NCBI GenBank assembly: GCA_034669905.1
Contig: JAXMOL010000002.1
Coordinates: 1 to 64,000 of the forward strand
Reading direction: 5' to 3'
DNA: 64,000 bases
DNA from: Candidatus Hydrogenedentota bacterium
Lineage (GTDB): Bacteria > Hydrogenedentota > Hydrogenedentia > Hydrogenedentales > JAEUWI01
The position numbers and the translations under genes are program-made. The notes beneath the pieces are model-generated. The model saw nothing but the letters and a program-made list of their open reading frames with translations, made no database searches and was not told where the DNA came from. Positions 8,062-19,300 of this stretch are shown in pieces. The first letter of the stretch is position 1, and each line of letters starts with the position of its first letter.

Positions 8062-9561
8062 ATGCGCGAACAGCTTTTTCAGGAAATACTCATGGCCCGT
8101 CAGCGGGTCTATGCCGTGGCCCCTCCCACGCCCCTGGAGGAAATCACCCTGCCCTTCGACGGGCGGATTTTCATTAAACGGGAAGACCTCTCCCCCATTC
8201 ATGCCTACAAGTGGCGGGGCGCCTACAACCGCATGGCCCTCCTCACGGAAGAAGAGCGTGCGCGGGGGGTAGTTTGCGCCTCGGCGGGAAACCACGCCCA
8301 GGGCGTGGCCCTTGCGGCCGCTAAACTGGGCATGCAGGCGCGCATCTACATGCCCGTATCGACGCCTCTGATGAAACGTAACGAAGTCCTCCGCCATGGT
8401 GGCTGTCACGTGGAAATCATCCTCATTGGCGATTCCTACAGCGACGCGGCCCAGGCGGCCCTCGAATTCGCTGAAAACGAACAACTCTCTTTCGTCCACC
8501 CCTACGACGACCTGGCGACCATGGGGGGCCAAGGCACCATCGGCGATGAAATTGTCATGAGTGGTCAGGGCCCCTTCGATGTGGCCTACCTCCAGATTGG
8601 CGGTGGCGGGATGGCCGCCGCGGTGGCCTGCTGGCTCCGGGCCTATTACCCGCACATCCGCATCGTGGGCGTCGAAGGCGTGGACCAGGCCAGCATGGCC
8701 GCAGCCGTCAAGGCCGGAAAACCCGTCACCCTGGATTACGTGGACGTATTCTGTGATGGCACGGCGGTGAAACGGGCCGGCACCCTGACCCACCCCCTCT
8801 GTGCGAAACTCATCGACGAATTCATCACCGTCACCAATGAAGAAGTGTCGGCGGCCATCGAAGTGCTCTGGGACAAGTGCCGTTGCATCCCCGAACCCTC
8901 GGGCGCCATGGGCATGGCCGGGCTGCTGAAGCAGCGCGACACCCTGGCGGGAAAAAAGGCCGTGGCCATACTCTGTGGGGCCAACGTAGACTTCGAGCAA
9001 CTCGGTTGGATTGCCCGACACGCGGGCATCGGCGCGGCGCGGCGACGCTATTACCGCTTTGAGATGCCCGAGATCGCGGGGGGCCTCCTTCATCTCCTGG
9101 ACAACATCCTCGAGACCGTCAACATTATCGAAGTACAGTATGGGAAAGTGGATGACCAGACGGCGGTACCGGTCATCGGCTTCGAAGCAACCCCGGAGAC
9201 CCTGCAGGAACTGGATGAGCGCCTCACCGCGCAGCAAATCCCCCATCTCGACGTAACCTCTACGGCGGACGTGGAATTTCGCATCATCAACTACGAACCC
9301 CATCTCTTCCGCCATCCCTACTTCATCATTCTGGAGTTTCCAGAGCGGGCCGGCGCCCTGCGGGAGTTCTTGCAGGCCGCCCAGACGCGCAACAGCATTT
9401 GCTATTTCAACTACACCTATTCGGGCGAACAGGTGGGCCGGGCCCTCATCGGCTTCGAATTCGAAACGGAAGCCTTTCACCTCGAATTCCGGGAGCACCT
9501 CGCGCAATCCGGCAGTGTGTACCACGAAGTTGAGCAGAGCGCCCTGGAGCGGATGTTGTGA
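8062..9561 (+). CDS. ilvA: Threonine ammonia-lyase (biosynthetic, with C-terminal regulatory domains)
   Basis: KREDLSPIHAYKWRGA (PLP lysine), ASAGNHAQGVA, GQGT, GGGG, EFPERAGAL and FNYTY motifs. Confidence 0.92.
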   Translation: MREQLFQEILMARQRVYAVAPPTPLEEITLPFDGRIFIKREDLSPIHAYKWRGAYNRMALLTEEERARGVVCASAGNHAQGVALAAAKLGMQARIYMPVSTPLMKRNEVLRHGGCHVEIILIGDSYSDAAQAALEFAENEQLSFVHPYDDLATMGGQGTIGDEIVMSGQGPFDVAYLQIGGGGMAAAVACWLRAYYPHIRIVGVEGVDQASMAAAVKAGKPVTLDYVDVFCDGTAVKRAGTLTHPLCAKLIDEFITVTNEEVSAAIEVLWDKCRCIPEPSGAMGMAGLLKQRDTLAGKKAVAILCGANVDFEQLGWIARHAGIGAARRRYYRFEMPEIAGGLLHLLDNILETVNIIEVQYGKVDDQTAVPVIGFEATPETLQELDERLTAQQIPHLDVTSTADVEFRIINYEPHLFRHPYFIILEFPERAGALREFLQAAQTRNSICYFNYTYSGEQVGRALIGFEFETEAFHLEFREHLAQSGSVYHEVEQSALERML

Positions 9562-9648
9562 TGGGCGCCCGTTGCATCCCCCGTCCCGCGGGCGTAGAGT
9601 AGAATCTTTCCCCATCACCCGGTGTACCACAAGGATGTTTGACACCCC

Positions 9649-11556
9649 ATGGATGATTCCCCCAACAGCGATTCACCCCGTGCCTTCTGGGCCGGCGTAA
9701 TCTTCTGGACCCTGCTCTGCCTCATCGCTATCGCGGTGCGGGGCGTCCGCTGGGAGGAAGGGCTGGAGCGGGCCCAGGTGCTGCTCAACATTACGCCCTA
9801 CCCCGATGGACACCCCCACCACCGTTGGGTCTGGAATGGCTTCTCCATCCACTACTACCTGACCGGTGCCGTGCTCTGGCTGACCGAGAGCGCCACCCTT
9901 ATCTGCGGTGGACGTCAGTTTATCGCGACCCTGGCGATTCACCTGCCCGTCTATGGCCTCACGTGGATTCTCACCCGCCGTGTCTTTCCGGCCCACCTGG
10001 CGGCCCTCCTCGGGTTCGTGGGGGCCAACACGGTTTTTCAGAGCTACATGCCCATCCTCCCCTGGGCCACCAAGGCCACCAGCGGCATCATCGGCATGGG
10101 CTGGGCCTTCGCGGTCTTGCTGGCCTTCGCGGCCGGGCGATGGCGGACGGCCGGGCTCCTTTTCGGCCTCATGCCCCTTGTTCACCTCGGCCAATGGCCC
10201 ATGATCCTGTTGACTGCCCTCGCCACCCTGGGGTGGCTGTGCTATCAGGGCGAACGGGAAAGCGTGAAGCAAATGCTCCGATGGGCGGGTGCCGGTTTGC
10301 TCTGCTGCCTCGTCTTTGCCGTGGCCCAGCGGCCGGTTCTCGTGCCCGACCCCACCGAAGGGGCCTATTACTCCGATGCGGATGGGCAGAAAATCTGGGC
10401 CGAATACACCACCCACGAAGACATGCACCGGGCCCTTACCGACTGGCCCCGCTTCGGCCTCATGGGCAACAGCAACATGGCGCTGATAGCCGTGCTCCTG
10501 CTGACTTGGCCCTATGCCCTGCGCGCCGCCTCGGGCACCCGACGCTATGGGCCCTGGTTACTGCTCTTTACCTACGCCCTGCTCAGCAGCGCCGCCATCT
10601 GGTTTGCCCAGGTCGTGCATCATTTCACCGGCACCGATGTGCCCTACATCGTGGTGAGCTGGATGCCCTATCGGCTCACCATTCACGTGTCCATGCTGCT
10701 GCTCTGTATCACGGCGGCCCATGCCCTCCGTCGGGACACCCAACAACTCTCCCTACCGGCCTTCGCCGCCCTGACCTGGCTGGCGATTCTGCCCTTGTGG
10801 CCCTGGCTCCTGCCCGAAACATGGGTCAGCCGATATTTCTCCACGCCCGAAACAGCCATCTTCCTCCTCATTGGCGGCACCATCATGCACACAATCGCAG
10901 ACATGGCCCCACGCTCCCTGTTGCGCCGTTGCTACGTGGGTGGACTCGTTCCGGGTGCCGTGGCGCTGGGGGCCTACCATCAGATGGCCGCCGCCACGAT
11001 AGCGGCAGGTATCGGACTGGCCATCGTGGCGACCTGGTGCCCCCGGTGTTGTACCCTTTCCCGTCGGTGGCAATCGGTCAGCCTGGCCACCCTGGGCCTG
11101 ATGGCCATGGGCCACGTGCTCTCGGTCGAATGGCAAACACGGGAGCACCTCCCCGTCTCTCCCTTTGAAGCCGCAATGGCGATCTACCTGGCCGAGCACA
11201 GCGCGCCGGAAGACATGGTGTTAACGCCCCTGGATGAGCACTACCAGATGGTGCTCCAACGACCTGTCGTCGCCACCTTCGAGACCCGCCAGTTCATGTC
11301 CTACATGCAATCCCTCGCGACAACCACGGACAAACTTTTCGCCGATCTCTATGGCGTGCGGGATGGCCACTGGTATGACTGGGCATTGTGGCAGGAACGG
11401 AGCGAAAGCGAGTGGCAGGTTTTGGCGGAGGCCTATGGGTTCCGCTACGTCGTGAGCAAATCCTTCCACCCCCTCCACCTGCCGGAACGCCTGCGGGGCG
11501 ATGGCCTCGTCCTCTATGAAATTCCGGGGAGGGCAAACACGCCACCTAACCCGTAA
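9649..11556 (+). CDS. Polytopic membrane protein, GT-C-like glycosyltransferase candidate (paralog 1)
   Basis: Many hydrophobic segments, an acidic VRWEE loop after TM1 and a soluble C-terminal domain; shares motifs with 14354-16264. Confidence 0.55.
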   Translation: MDDSPNSDSPRAFWAGVIFWTLLCLIAIAVRGVRWEEGLERAQVLLNITPYPDGHPHHRWVWNGFSIHYYLTGAVLWLTESATLICGGRQFIATLAIHLPVYGLTWILTRRVFPAHLAALLGFVGANTVFQSYMPILPWATKATSGIIGMGWAFAVLLAFAAGRWRTAGLLFGLMPLVHLGQWPMILLTALATLGWLCYQGERESVKQMLRWAGAGLLCCLVFAVAQRPVLVPDPTEGAYYSDADGQKIWAEYTTHEDMHRALTDWPRFGLMGNSNMALIAVLLLTWPYALRAASGTRRYGPWLLLFTYALLSSAAIWFAQVVHHFTGTDVPYIVVSWMPYRLTIHVSMLLLCITAAHALRRDTQQLSLPAFAALTWLAILPLWPWLLPETWVSRYFSTPETAIFLLIGGTIMHTIADMAPRSLLRRCYVGGLVPGAVALGAYHQMAAATIAAGIGLAIVATWCPRCCTLSRRWQSVSLATLGLMAMGHVLSVEWQTREHLPVSPFEAAMAIYLAEHSAPEDMVLTPLDEHYQMVLQRPVVATFETRQFMSYMQSLATTTDKLFADLYGVRDGHWYDWALWQERSESEWQVLAEAYGFRYVVSKSFHPLHLPERLRGDGLVLYEIPGRANTPPNP

Positions 11557-13243
11557 TGGCCCCTTCAGACTGGCCCGATGCATGCTGTCGTTCGAGGAGC
11601 ATGTGATTGATCTGCTTCCGGGTATGCCGCCCGTTGAGCAGCCCGGCCAGCTTTCCCCCTTCCCGTTGGGTCACCACGATAAATTCGTCGCTGCCCACGG
11701 CCCACATCCGCTCCATGACCTCGGCCAGCTCGTCTTCCGGAACGATGATGTCGCGCATCTTCACCGCCACATCCTTGGCTACCAGCCAGGCCCAGGTATC
11801 CTGGCTGGTAAACACCTCGCGCAAGCTCTCCAGTGTTACGACCCCGGTCACCGCTCCATCTGCGTTCAGCACCGGTACCTGCAGGTGCTCCTGGTTGGCG
11901 AACTGTTCAAACACCTGGGTGAGGGGCGTCCCCTCGTGTACCGAGAGGATATCGGGCACCATGACATCCCGAACCCGTAGCGAAGCCACCACGTCGCCCT
12001 CGGTCACATCGCGCCCGACCTCGTCGGCACGTTGGACCGCCAGCCGGATGAGTGCCGGGGCCACCAGTTGCACAATAAAGGTGGTTGCCGTGACCGTCAC
12101 GATAATCAGGTCACCCAGGGTAAGGCCCTCTGCCAGCGGCACATCACCCAGATGGGCCGAAGCCATCATGGCCAAACCCACGGCAATGCCCCCCTGTACG
12201 AGTAATCCGAACCCGGCATACGTGCGCACCGCAGGGGGAGCGCCTGTCACCCGGGCACCGAGATAAGCGCCGAAGATCTTGCCGCCCGACATGGAGAGTA
12301 TGAAGACCACCACGAGTAGCCACATCCAGGGCGGCATGTTACCCAGGGCCATTCGGGCACCGGCCAGCACGAAGAAGAGGACGTAAATGGGCGTGGAAAA
12401 GGAGGCAATCTGGGTGAATAACTCATGACTCCGGCGAGGTACCGCGTTGGTCAGCACAACCCCCATCATCATCGCGGCGATGATTACGTCGAAGTGGGCC
12501 GTCACGCAAAGGCCCATGAGCATAAAGATAAGGCCGAGCGTGACCGCGAGCGATTGCTCCAGCGCCTTCAGTCGGAGAAGGAGCAGGACCATAATGAACC
12601 CCGCCACGCTTCCCACCAAGAGCGCCCCGCCCAATTCGGTCACGATGATGCGAAGCTCCGCCGCAATGGTCACACTCTGACCGGTCAGCATCTGGGCAAA
12701 ACTTGCGCCGAAAGCGTAGAGTCCCATGGCCAGGGCGTCGTCCATCGCAACCACCGCTATGAGTGTGGTCGTCACCGGACCCCGGCTGCGACACTCCCAC
12801 AGCACACCCAGCGTCGAAGCGGGATCCGTCGCCGACGCAATGGCACCGAAGATGACGCCGGCCGCAATCGCCCCGGGCAGATTTCCGATGGCCAGATAGA
12901 CAACGGCCGATGTCACCGTGCCGACCAGGAGAAAGGCGCCCACCCCTTCAAAGAGTAGTATGGCCACCAGTTGCTTGCCCCGTGACTTGAAGATCTCCCA
13001 CTTGAGTTCGCTGCCCACCAGGAATCCAATGAGCGCCAGGGCGAAGAGGTTGAACATCTGGAGCTTGGCCACGTCTTCGTGCCCCGCCCAACGAAAACCG
13101 CTTTCACCGATGAGCAGCCCGACGATGATGTATCCCGTTACCAGCGGGATGCGCACACGCTGGAAAAGCCCTGCGCCCAACACCCCCGCAAAAATGGCGG
13201 CACCAAGGATGATGAGAATGCCTTCGTCTATTCCTTCCAGCAT
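11546..13243 (-). CDS. Cation:proton antiporter with a C-terminal CBS domain pair
   Basis: IASATDPA, AMDDA and FFVLAGA CPA motifs; C-terminal VRDVM...VPVLNADGAVTGVVT CBS repeats. Confidence 0.88.
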   Translation of the reverse strand: MLEGIDEGILIILGAAIFAGVLGAGLFQRVRIPLVTGYIIVGLLIGESGFRWAGHEDVAKLQMFNLFALALIGFLVGSELKWEIFKSRGKQLVAILLFEGVGAFLLVGTVTSAVVYLAIGNLPGAIAAGVIFGAIASATDPASTLGVLWECRSRGPVTTTLIAVVAMDDALAMGLYAFGASFAQMLTGQSVTIAAELRIIVTELGGALLVGSVAGFIMVLLLLRLKALEQSLAVTLGLIFMLMGLCVTAHFDVIIAAMMMGVVLTNAVPRRSHELFTQIASFSTPIYVLFFVLAGARMALGNMPPWMWLLVVVFILSMSGGKIFGAYLGARVTGAPPAVRTYAGFGLLVQGGIAVGLAMMASAHLGDVPLAEGLTLGDLIIVTVTATTFIVQLVAPALIRLAVQRADEVGRDVTEGDVVASLRVRDVMVPDILSVHEGTPLTQVFEQFANQEHLQVPVLNADGAVTGVVTLESLREVFTSQDTWAWLVAKDVAVKMRDIIVPEDELAEVMERMWAVGSDEFIVVTQREGGKLAGLLNGRHTRKQINHMLLERQHASGQSEGAITG

Positions 13244-13514
13244 GAGTCACTGTTCCCCATGTTCCCGCGATGGCGGCTCTCCCCACGCCCCAATAACGCA
13301 ATCGAAGACGACCACGACACATTCAGTATAGCGCGACGGGCACGCCGCGTACAGCGTATTCCCGCAGGCAACTGGCAACGTGCGACCCACTTCGGAAAGC
13401 CAGACAGGCAGGCTCAGCCAACGAGGAGGGGGAGCATTGGGGCCGTCGCAATCCACTCCGGCAGCGCAACACGCCGCACCCGCGACGGACCAAGATCACG
13501 CGAAAACCGGTGGC

Positions 13515-14189
13515 CTACCCTTTTCGCCCCACGATAAACATCTGTCCACCCATGAGCCAGTGGGCCGGGGTACACTTCAGATAGAGCCGCACAAGCAAAG
13601 GCCACTTGGGATAACGGCTCTTGGTGGTGTAGGGCAAAAAGCGGGTGCGCACTTCTTCCAGAGAAAAGCCATTGGAGGCAATCGCCTCGGCCATCCCCTT
13701 TTCTGTGAGGGGCAGGGAATGATCGGAATAGTCGTAAAAACGCTCTTTAACCACCCGGATGTTGGGCTGCATCACGATGATCTTTCCACCGGGTTTCAAC
13801 ACGCGATAACACTCCGCCAGGCAGCCGTACAGATAGTCGCGGTCGGGCAGGTGCTCGAAGACGTTGCTGACCACGATACGATCGATATGGTCGGACTCGA
13901 GGGACTGAAGGCCCGTGACGAGTTCCTCCACGATACAGGTGACCGATGGGTCGGCGAAGGTCGTGACATCGGGATTGTGATCAATGGCGTATTTTTGTGC
14001 CGAGGAGATGTTGTTAATAAACTCGCAGGCACCCGCCCCCAGATCGAGCGTCACGCTGTCCTCGGGAATGTATCTGGAAAACCAGTGGGTACACAGCACT
14101 TGCCACAACTCGATGCGGCCGCCCATCTCCTCTTTGCCGAAACGGGTACGATATATCTGTTTGTCAATGGTCAATGGGGGTTCATCCAT
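13515..14189 (-). CDS. Class I SAM-dependent methyltransferase
   Basis: LDLGAGACEF, SNVFEHL and RVLKPGGKIIVMQPN motifs. Confidence 0.85.
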   Translation of the reverse strand: MDEPPLTIDKQIYRTRFGKEEMGGRIELWQVLCTHWFSRYIPEDSVTLDLGAGACEFINNISSAQKYAIDHNPDVTTFADPSVTCIVEELVTGLQSLESDHIDRIVVSNVFEHLPDRDYLYGCLAECYRVLKPGGKIIVMQPNIRVVKERFYDYSDHSLPLTEKGMAEAIASNGFSLEEVRTRFLPYTTKSRYPKWPLLVRLYLKCTPAHWLMGGQMFIVGRKG

Positions 14190-14353
14190 GATGGTGGCGC
14201 CACACCACCGCGGTGTCTTCTCACCAGCTTCCAAGGTGCCCATTATACCCACCACAACCCCAAAGCGGTAGGGAGTTGACGGATCCCGCACGGGTAACGC
14301 ACTATAGCCCAGATTAAACTGCGCCTTCCCCCAACCCCGGATCCCCCCCCTTG

Positions 14354-16264
14354 ATGAAATCGACGTTCCAATCCCTCCTGAATCCGGCCCATCCCCTGCG
14401 GAGCGGCCTCCTCTTCTGGGGTGTTTTCTCCCTCCTGGCCGTCCTGGTTCGCGGAGTGCGCTGGGATGAAAACTACGAATTTGCCCAAACCTTCCTCGGC
14501 GAGGTGCCCTTTCCAGCCGGCCACCCGCTTTATCAGTATGTCCGGTGCCTCTTCAGCATCCAACACATCAGCCTGGCCGGGCTCATGACCGTGGCGCCCG
14601 ATCCCCTGTGGGCCAACGGATTTCGCAACGTGCTCTTTCTCCTGGCAAGCACCGTTCCCGTTTACCTTTGGGGGACGACCCTCTCGCGTCGGCCCCTCAT
14701 CGGGCACGTGGCCGTCGTCATGATACTGACCGAAATTCATGTGCCCTTTCTAAGCTCCTACCCCATCCACGTGTGGCCCGGGATTTTTTCCAATGGACCC
14801 GTTGGGTTGGGCTATATGCTCCTTTCCGCCTGGGCCCTGGCCGCCGGACGCCACCGCCTGGCCGGGGGGCTCATCGGCTTTGCGCCCCTGGTGCACCTGG
14901 GCCAGTTTCCCCCGCTACTTGCCATGACGGTGCTCTACGTGGCGTGGCTGGCAATCCAGAAGCAGCACCCCGCCATGAAACGGCTGGTGCTCGCCATGCT
15001 CCCCGGTGTCGTGGTGACACTCGTTTTTGGAATCCTTCTCCGTATGTATTCGGTGCCGCCACCGAGCGAAGGTGCCTATTTCACCGACGCCGAGCCCATG
15101 CGCATCTGGCGTCACTTCATGGCCCACTTCGCAAGCCACCGGGCCATCCCCTACACCGTCGGACATCTTCTCCTCACAGGTGCCCTCCTTTTCAGCCTGC
15201 AGATGCTCTGGCGTCAGCGCCACGAGAAGACCGCTGAAACGAGATCGGGTTCGACGCTATGCGACCCCCCAACGGCCTGGGCGATGCTCTACCTCGCCAT
15301 TGCCAGCCTGACCGTATGGGCCATCATGGCCGTTCATTGGGCTACCGGAGCCGATGTGCCCTTCCTTTTTGTGGCCTGGCTTCCCTACCGTCTCATGAAT
15401 CATGTGGGGCCACTTCTGATTCCCTTGTTACTTGCCGTCGCCTTTCGACGCCGCACCTCGGAAACCCCCTTGTGGCTTCCCCTGCTGCTACTCGCCACCC
15501 TACTCGGGCCCTTGCTGCAGCTGGTCTCCGTTGAGCTGGCGACCCGCTATATTACCAGCGGGGACTACCTGTTTTTTCTCATTTTTGGAATCGCAACCAG
15601 CGTGTTTACCAAGGCCTCCGCCGAATCCGCCCCGCCCTGGGGGCTTCGGGCCAGTGTGCTCCTCAGTATCCTGCTGCTGGCTTGTTTCCACCAATTCGGT
15701 GCGGCATGTATGGCCCTCGGGTGGGTCGTCGGCCTCCTCCCCACCCCTCCGCGCCCGACGGCCCGGGAACTCCGGGGGCTGGCAACCTGCCTTGTGGCCG
15801 TACTCCTCATCGTGATGCTGGCAAGACACGGAGAACGTAGAAAACATCTTTTCGTGGAGCCCATCTTCCAACAGGTCGCGGAGTATCTCGAAGGGACGGG
15901 GGAACACGACGCCATGGTACTCACCCCCTATCAGCAAGTTGGCACCCAGATGAAAACCGGCCATCCGATCATGGCCGATATGGCCACCCAGTTTTTCGGA
16001 ATCTATGTCCCCCCCATTGCGCCTTCCGTTAACGCCATTTTTCAGGACTTCTATGGCATCAACTTTGACCCGGACGCCCCCGCGCCCCAGGCGGCTCTTC
16101 CGTGGTATGGGGTGTGGCCAGCCAAATCCCTGGCGGAGTGGCAGCGCCTGTCTGCCAAGTACGACCTCCACTACGTGCTGGCACCGGACTTCATGGAACT
16201 CCCCCTGGAGAAAGTCCTCAATGGTAACGGGAACAGCCTCTATAAAATCCCACCCCCCGAATAA
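14354..16264 (+). CDS. Polytopic membrane protein, GT-C-like glycosyltransferase candidate (paralog 2)
   Basis: VRGVRWDE...PFPAGHP, PLVHLGQFP, EGAYFTDA, TGADVP...WLPYRL and EWQRLS..Y...YV, all mirrored in 9649-11556. Confidence 0.55.
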   Translation: MKSTFQSLLNPAHPLRSGLLFWGVFSLLAVLVRGVRWDENYEFAQTFLGEVPFPAGHPLYQYVRCLFSIQHISLAGLMTVAPDPLWANGFRNVLFLLASTVPVYLWGTTLSRRPLIGHVAVVMILTEIHVPFLSSYPIHVWPGIFSNGPVGLGYMLLSAWALAAGRHRLAGGLIGFAPLVHLGQFPPLLAMTVLYVAWLAIQKQHPAMKRLVLAMLPGVVVTLVFGILLRMYSVPPPSEGAYFTDAEPMRIWRHFMAHFASHRAIPYTVGHLLLTGALLFSLQMLWRQRHEKTAETRSGSTLCDPPTAWAMLYLAIASLTVWAIMAVHWATGADVPFLFVAWLPYRLMNHVGPLLIPLLLAVAFRRRTSETPLWLPLLLLATLLGPLLQLVSVELATRYITSGDYLFFLIFGIATSVFTKASAESAPPWGLRASVLLSILLLACFHQFGAACMALGWVVGLLPTPPRPTARELRGLATCLVAVLLIVMLARHGERRKHLFVEPIFQQVAEYLEGTGEHDAMVLTPYQQVGTQMKTGHPIMADMATQFFGIYVPPIAPSVNAIFQDFYGINFDPDAPAPQAALPWYGVWPAKSLAEWQRLSAKYDLHYVLAPDFMELPLEKVLNGNGNSLYKIPPPE

Positions 16265-16307
16265 AAAACGCGGCGAGGCGTTCACAGAGGGAAACAGCTC
16301 GCCGCGT
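16263..16307. terminator. Terminator hairpin between convergent genes
   Basis: AAAAAACGCGGCGAG...CTCGCCGCGT. Confidence 0.6.
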
Positions 16308-16327
16308 CGTAGTGGAATCAACGAAAT

Positions 16328-19300
16328 TTAGAAGGTAACTTTCAACGACTTGATTTCATAGGGCGTGAAATACAGGGGCACTTCATTCCCTTTAAACTTC
16401 ACCGGCTCGTCGTTTTCTTCCATCATGTCACACAGACTCACCGACTTGGGTGCCTTGGCGAAGGTCAACGTCACATCGCCCCGCTGTCCGTAACCTTCGA
16501 AGAGTCGCACGATAAGCGCATCGGAGTCTTCGTGCTTCTTCACGGTATCCAGCAGCACGTGCTCGGCATCGACGCTGGCAAAGGATCCCGCCTTGGCGTC
16601 GCCGTTGCCTTCCATCGCCATGGCCACCAAGGGCACGTTCAGTTCGTAGCCCTGCTGCACCGTGCCATTCCGCCAATCCCCGCCGTGGGGATAGAGGGAA
16701 TAGACCATCTCGTGTTCCCCTTCGTCGGCGTGCTCATCGGGATGCACCGGGGCACGCAGGAGGGAAAGACGCATGGTGTTTTCTTTAATGTCGTAGCTGT
16801 ACTTGCAGTCGTTGAGCAGACTGACGCCGTAGTCGCCTTCCGAAAGGTCGGCCCAGTGGTGTCCCGTGACCTCGAAGCGCGCGCGCTCATGCTCACGGCT
16901 TTCGTGGGTCGCCCGCTCGATGGTGCCATACTGGATGTCGTAGGTGGCACGGTGGCTCAACACGTCTACCGGGAAGGCGACTTTCATGAGGACCCGTTTC
17001 TCGTGCCAGTCCACGTGGGTGTGTACGTCCACCCGGGGCGAATGGGCGGCCAGGGTGATGTCCTGGGTGATAACACTCTTCTCGGTGCGACGGACCACAC
17101 GAACGACCGCACGCACGGGGCCCGACTCGACGATTTCGATGGACTCGGCCTTACCCGGTGCCCATTGCTGCTCTTCGTCAAAGTTGTGGTCCATCTCCCA
17201 CGCGTCGTGGTCAAAGGGCCGATCGTCGAAGAGTTGGATGACATTGCCTTTTTCGCCTTTCGGCAGCACTTCCCGGCCTTCGATTTTGTCGAAGACACTG
17301 GAGAAGGCGCCGTTGGCATCGAGCCGCACCCGGAGGTAGTCATTTTCGAGCAACTTGTCGGTCACATGGAAAGGCGCACCGTATTCCGGCTCGGCGATGC
17401 CGGCCACCACGTGATACACCGCATGTCCCAGAGGGGGCACGTTCTCCGCCACGAAGAGCAGCGTGTCTTTGCCGATCTCCTGGCTGGGCACCACGCTGCC
17501 GTCGGGGGCCACCACGTGGAAATCGCCCTTGGGCAACGTGACGGCCACTTCGACCACATCGCTGCGGACCCAGGAAAGGGTGTTGAAGACGACCACGGGA
17601 TTCCCCGGTCCGCTGGTATCAATGTCCTTGCCCAGTTCCAGCAGGGCGTTACCCAGCACGTTGAGGACCTGTTCCTGGATTTCGGCGTAGTCTTTCTCCG
17701 CCTGGGTGTAGACCTCGGTGATCGAGGAGCCCGGCAGAATGTCATGGAATTGGTGGGTCAGCAGGGTACGCCACACGTCCCAGAAGGCGTCGGTGTCGTA
17801 GGTCCCCCCCGAAAGGTGGGCGATGGCGGAGAGCATCTCCGCATCGTGAAGATCGATTTCAATCTTTCGATTGAACCACTTCGTCCGTGCCTGGGTAATC
17901 TGACAGGCCCGGTGCAGCTCCAGGTAAAGCTCGTCGTTATACACGGGCAAGGCCTCGTCTGGACACTGTTCCTTCATCCGATCGAGGCTGTCCTGGGTGC
18001 GCCCAAACTCACATTTGGGCACGCCGATGATATTTTTCAGGCGCTTCCCGTGTTCCATCATTTCGGGCGTGGGGCCACCGCCACCATCGCCCCAACCGAA
18101 GGGGAAGGGCACTTCTTCGACCTTATCCTTCTGCTTGAACTTGTTCCACTGGGCGATGAGCTCTTCCGGCACGGGGTTACCGTTGTAGTTCATGGGGGGC
18201 ATAACGGCACGAATCCGCGTGCCATCGATACCCTGCCACTGAAAGAGGCTATAGGGAAACTTGGTAAAGGTGCTCCAGTCGATTTTTGTGGTGACGAAAG
18301 TATCGATCTGGCACTGCTTCAAGATCTGGGGCAGCGACCACGGATACCCGAAGGCATCGGGCAACCAGGCGGTGCGAGAGCGCATGCCGAATTCTTTTTC
18401 GAAGAAACGGTTGCCATAGAGGAACTGACGGACCAGCGACTCGCCGCTGGGCATGTTGCTGTCCTGCTCGATCCAGGGAGCACCGCAGGGTTCCCAACGC
18501 CCTTCTTTCACCCGTTTCTTAATGCCCTTCCAGACTTCGGGGAAGTGTTCCTTCACATACATGTACAGCTCGGGCTGGCTGCAGGAGAAGTGGTATTCCG
18601 GGTAGCGCTCCATGAGACGGAGCACGGTGGAGAAGGTGCGCCCCACCTTGCGGCGGGTTTCCCGGAGGGGCCAGAGCCAGGCCGTGTCGATGTGGGAGTG
18701 GCCCACGAGCGCCAGGGAGCCCATGCCATAGCTGTGTTCGAAACGCTTCAGCTCTTTCTTCAGGTAGCGGCTCGCTTTCCCACAGGACGCGTAGTAGGCT
18801 TCGGTGCCTACCTGCTGGAGGTCGACCATCCGAACGGCCTTGGAAAGCACATCGAAGAGCTGACGGGCCGGTGCGAAATTGGTGTCGAGCTCTTTATACA
18901 CCTTAAGCGGCACCAGGATATCCCAATAGACATCCCACGCCTCGGTGTTGAGGATGGCCATATCCGCATACTTAAAGTGGTGCACGATGTCGATGCGGGT
19001 GCTGGGCACCCCTTCGATGGCAATCTCAAAGGTTTCGCCGCCCTTCGCTTTTTCCGTCAGGACCAACTCATCATGGAACTTGTCGAGGCCGCAGAAGGGC
19101 TTGCCATTGACGTAGGCCATGCCTTCGCCCGCCGCCGAAAGGAAGGGAACCCCCAGGGTGAAGTGACCACCGGAAGGACGAATGAGCGCCACCACGCGTT
19201 GCCCCTTGAACTCGGCCGGTACCGTCATAGTCATGCGGAACCAGGTGGTCTGATCGTAGCCCCCCCAGGCCTGACCCACCGCGAAGGGCTTCCAGCCCGA

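Noticed and set aside
7897..9645. 582-aa minus-strand ORF
   Set aside because: Antisense shadow of ilvA.
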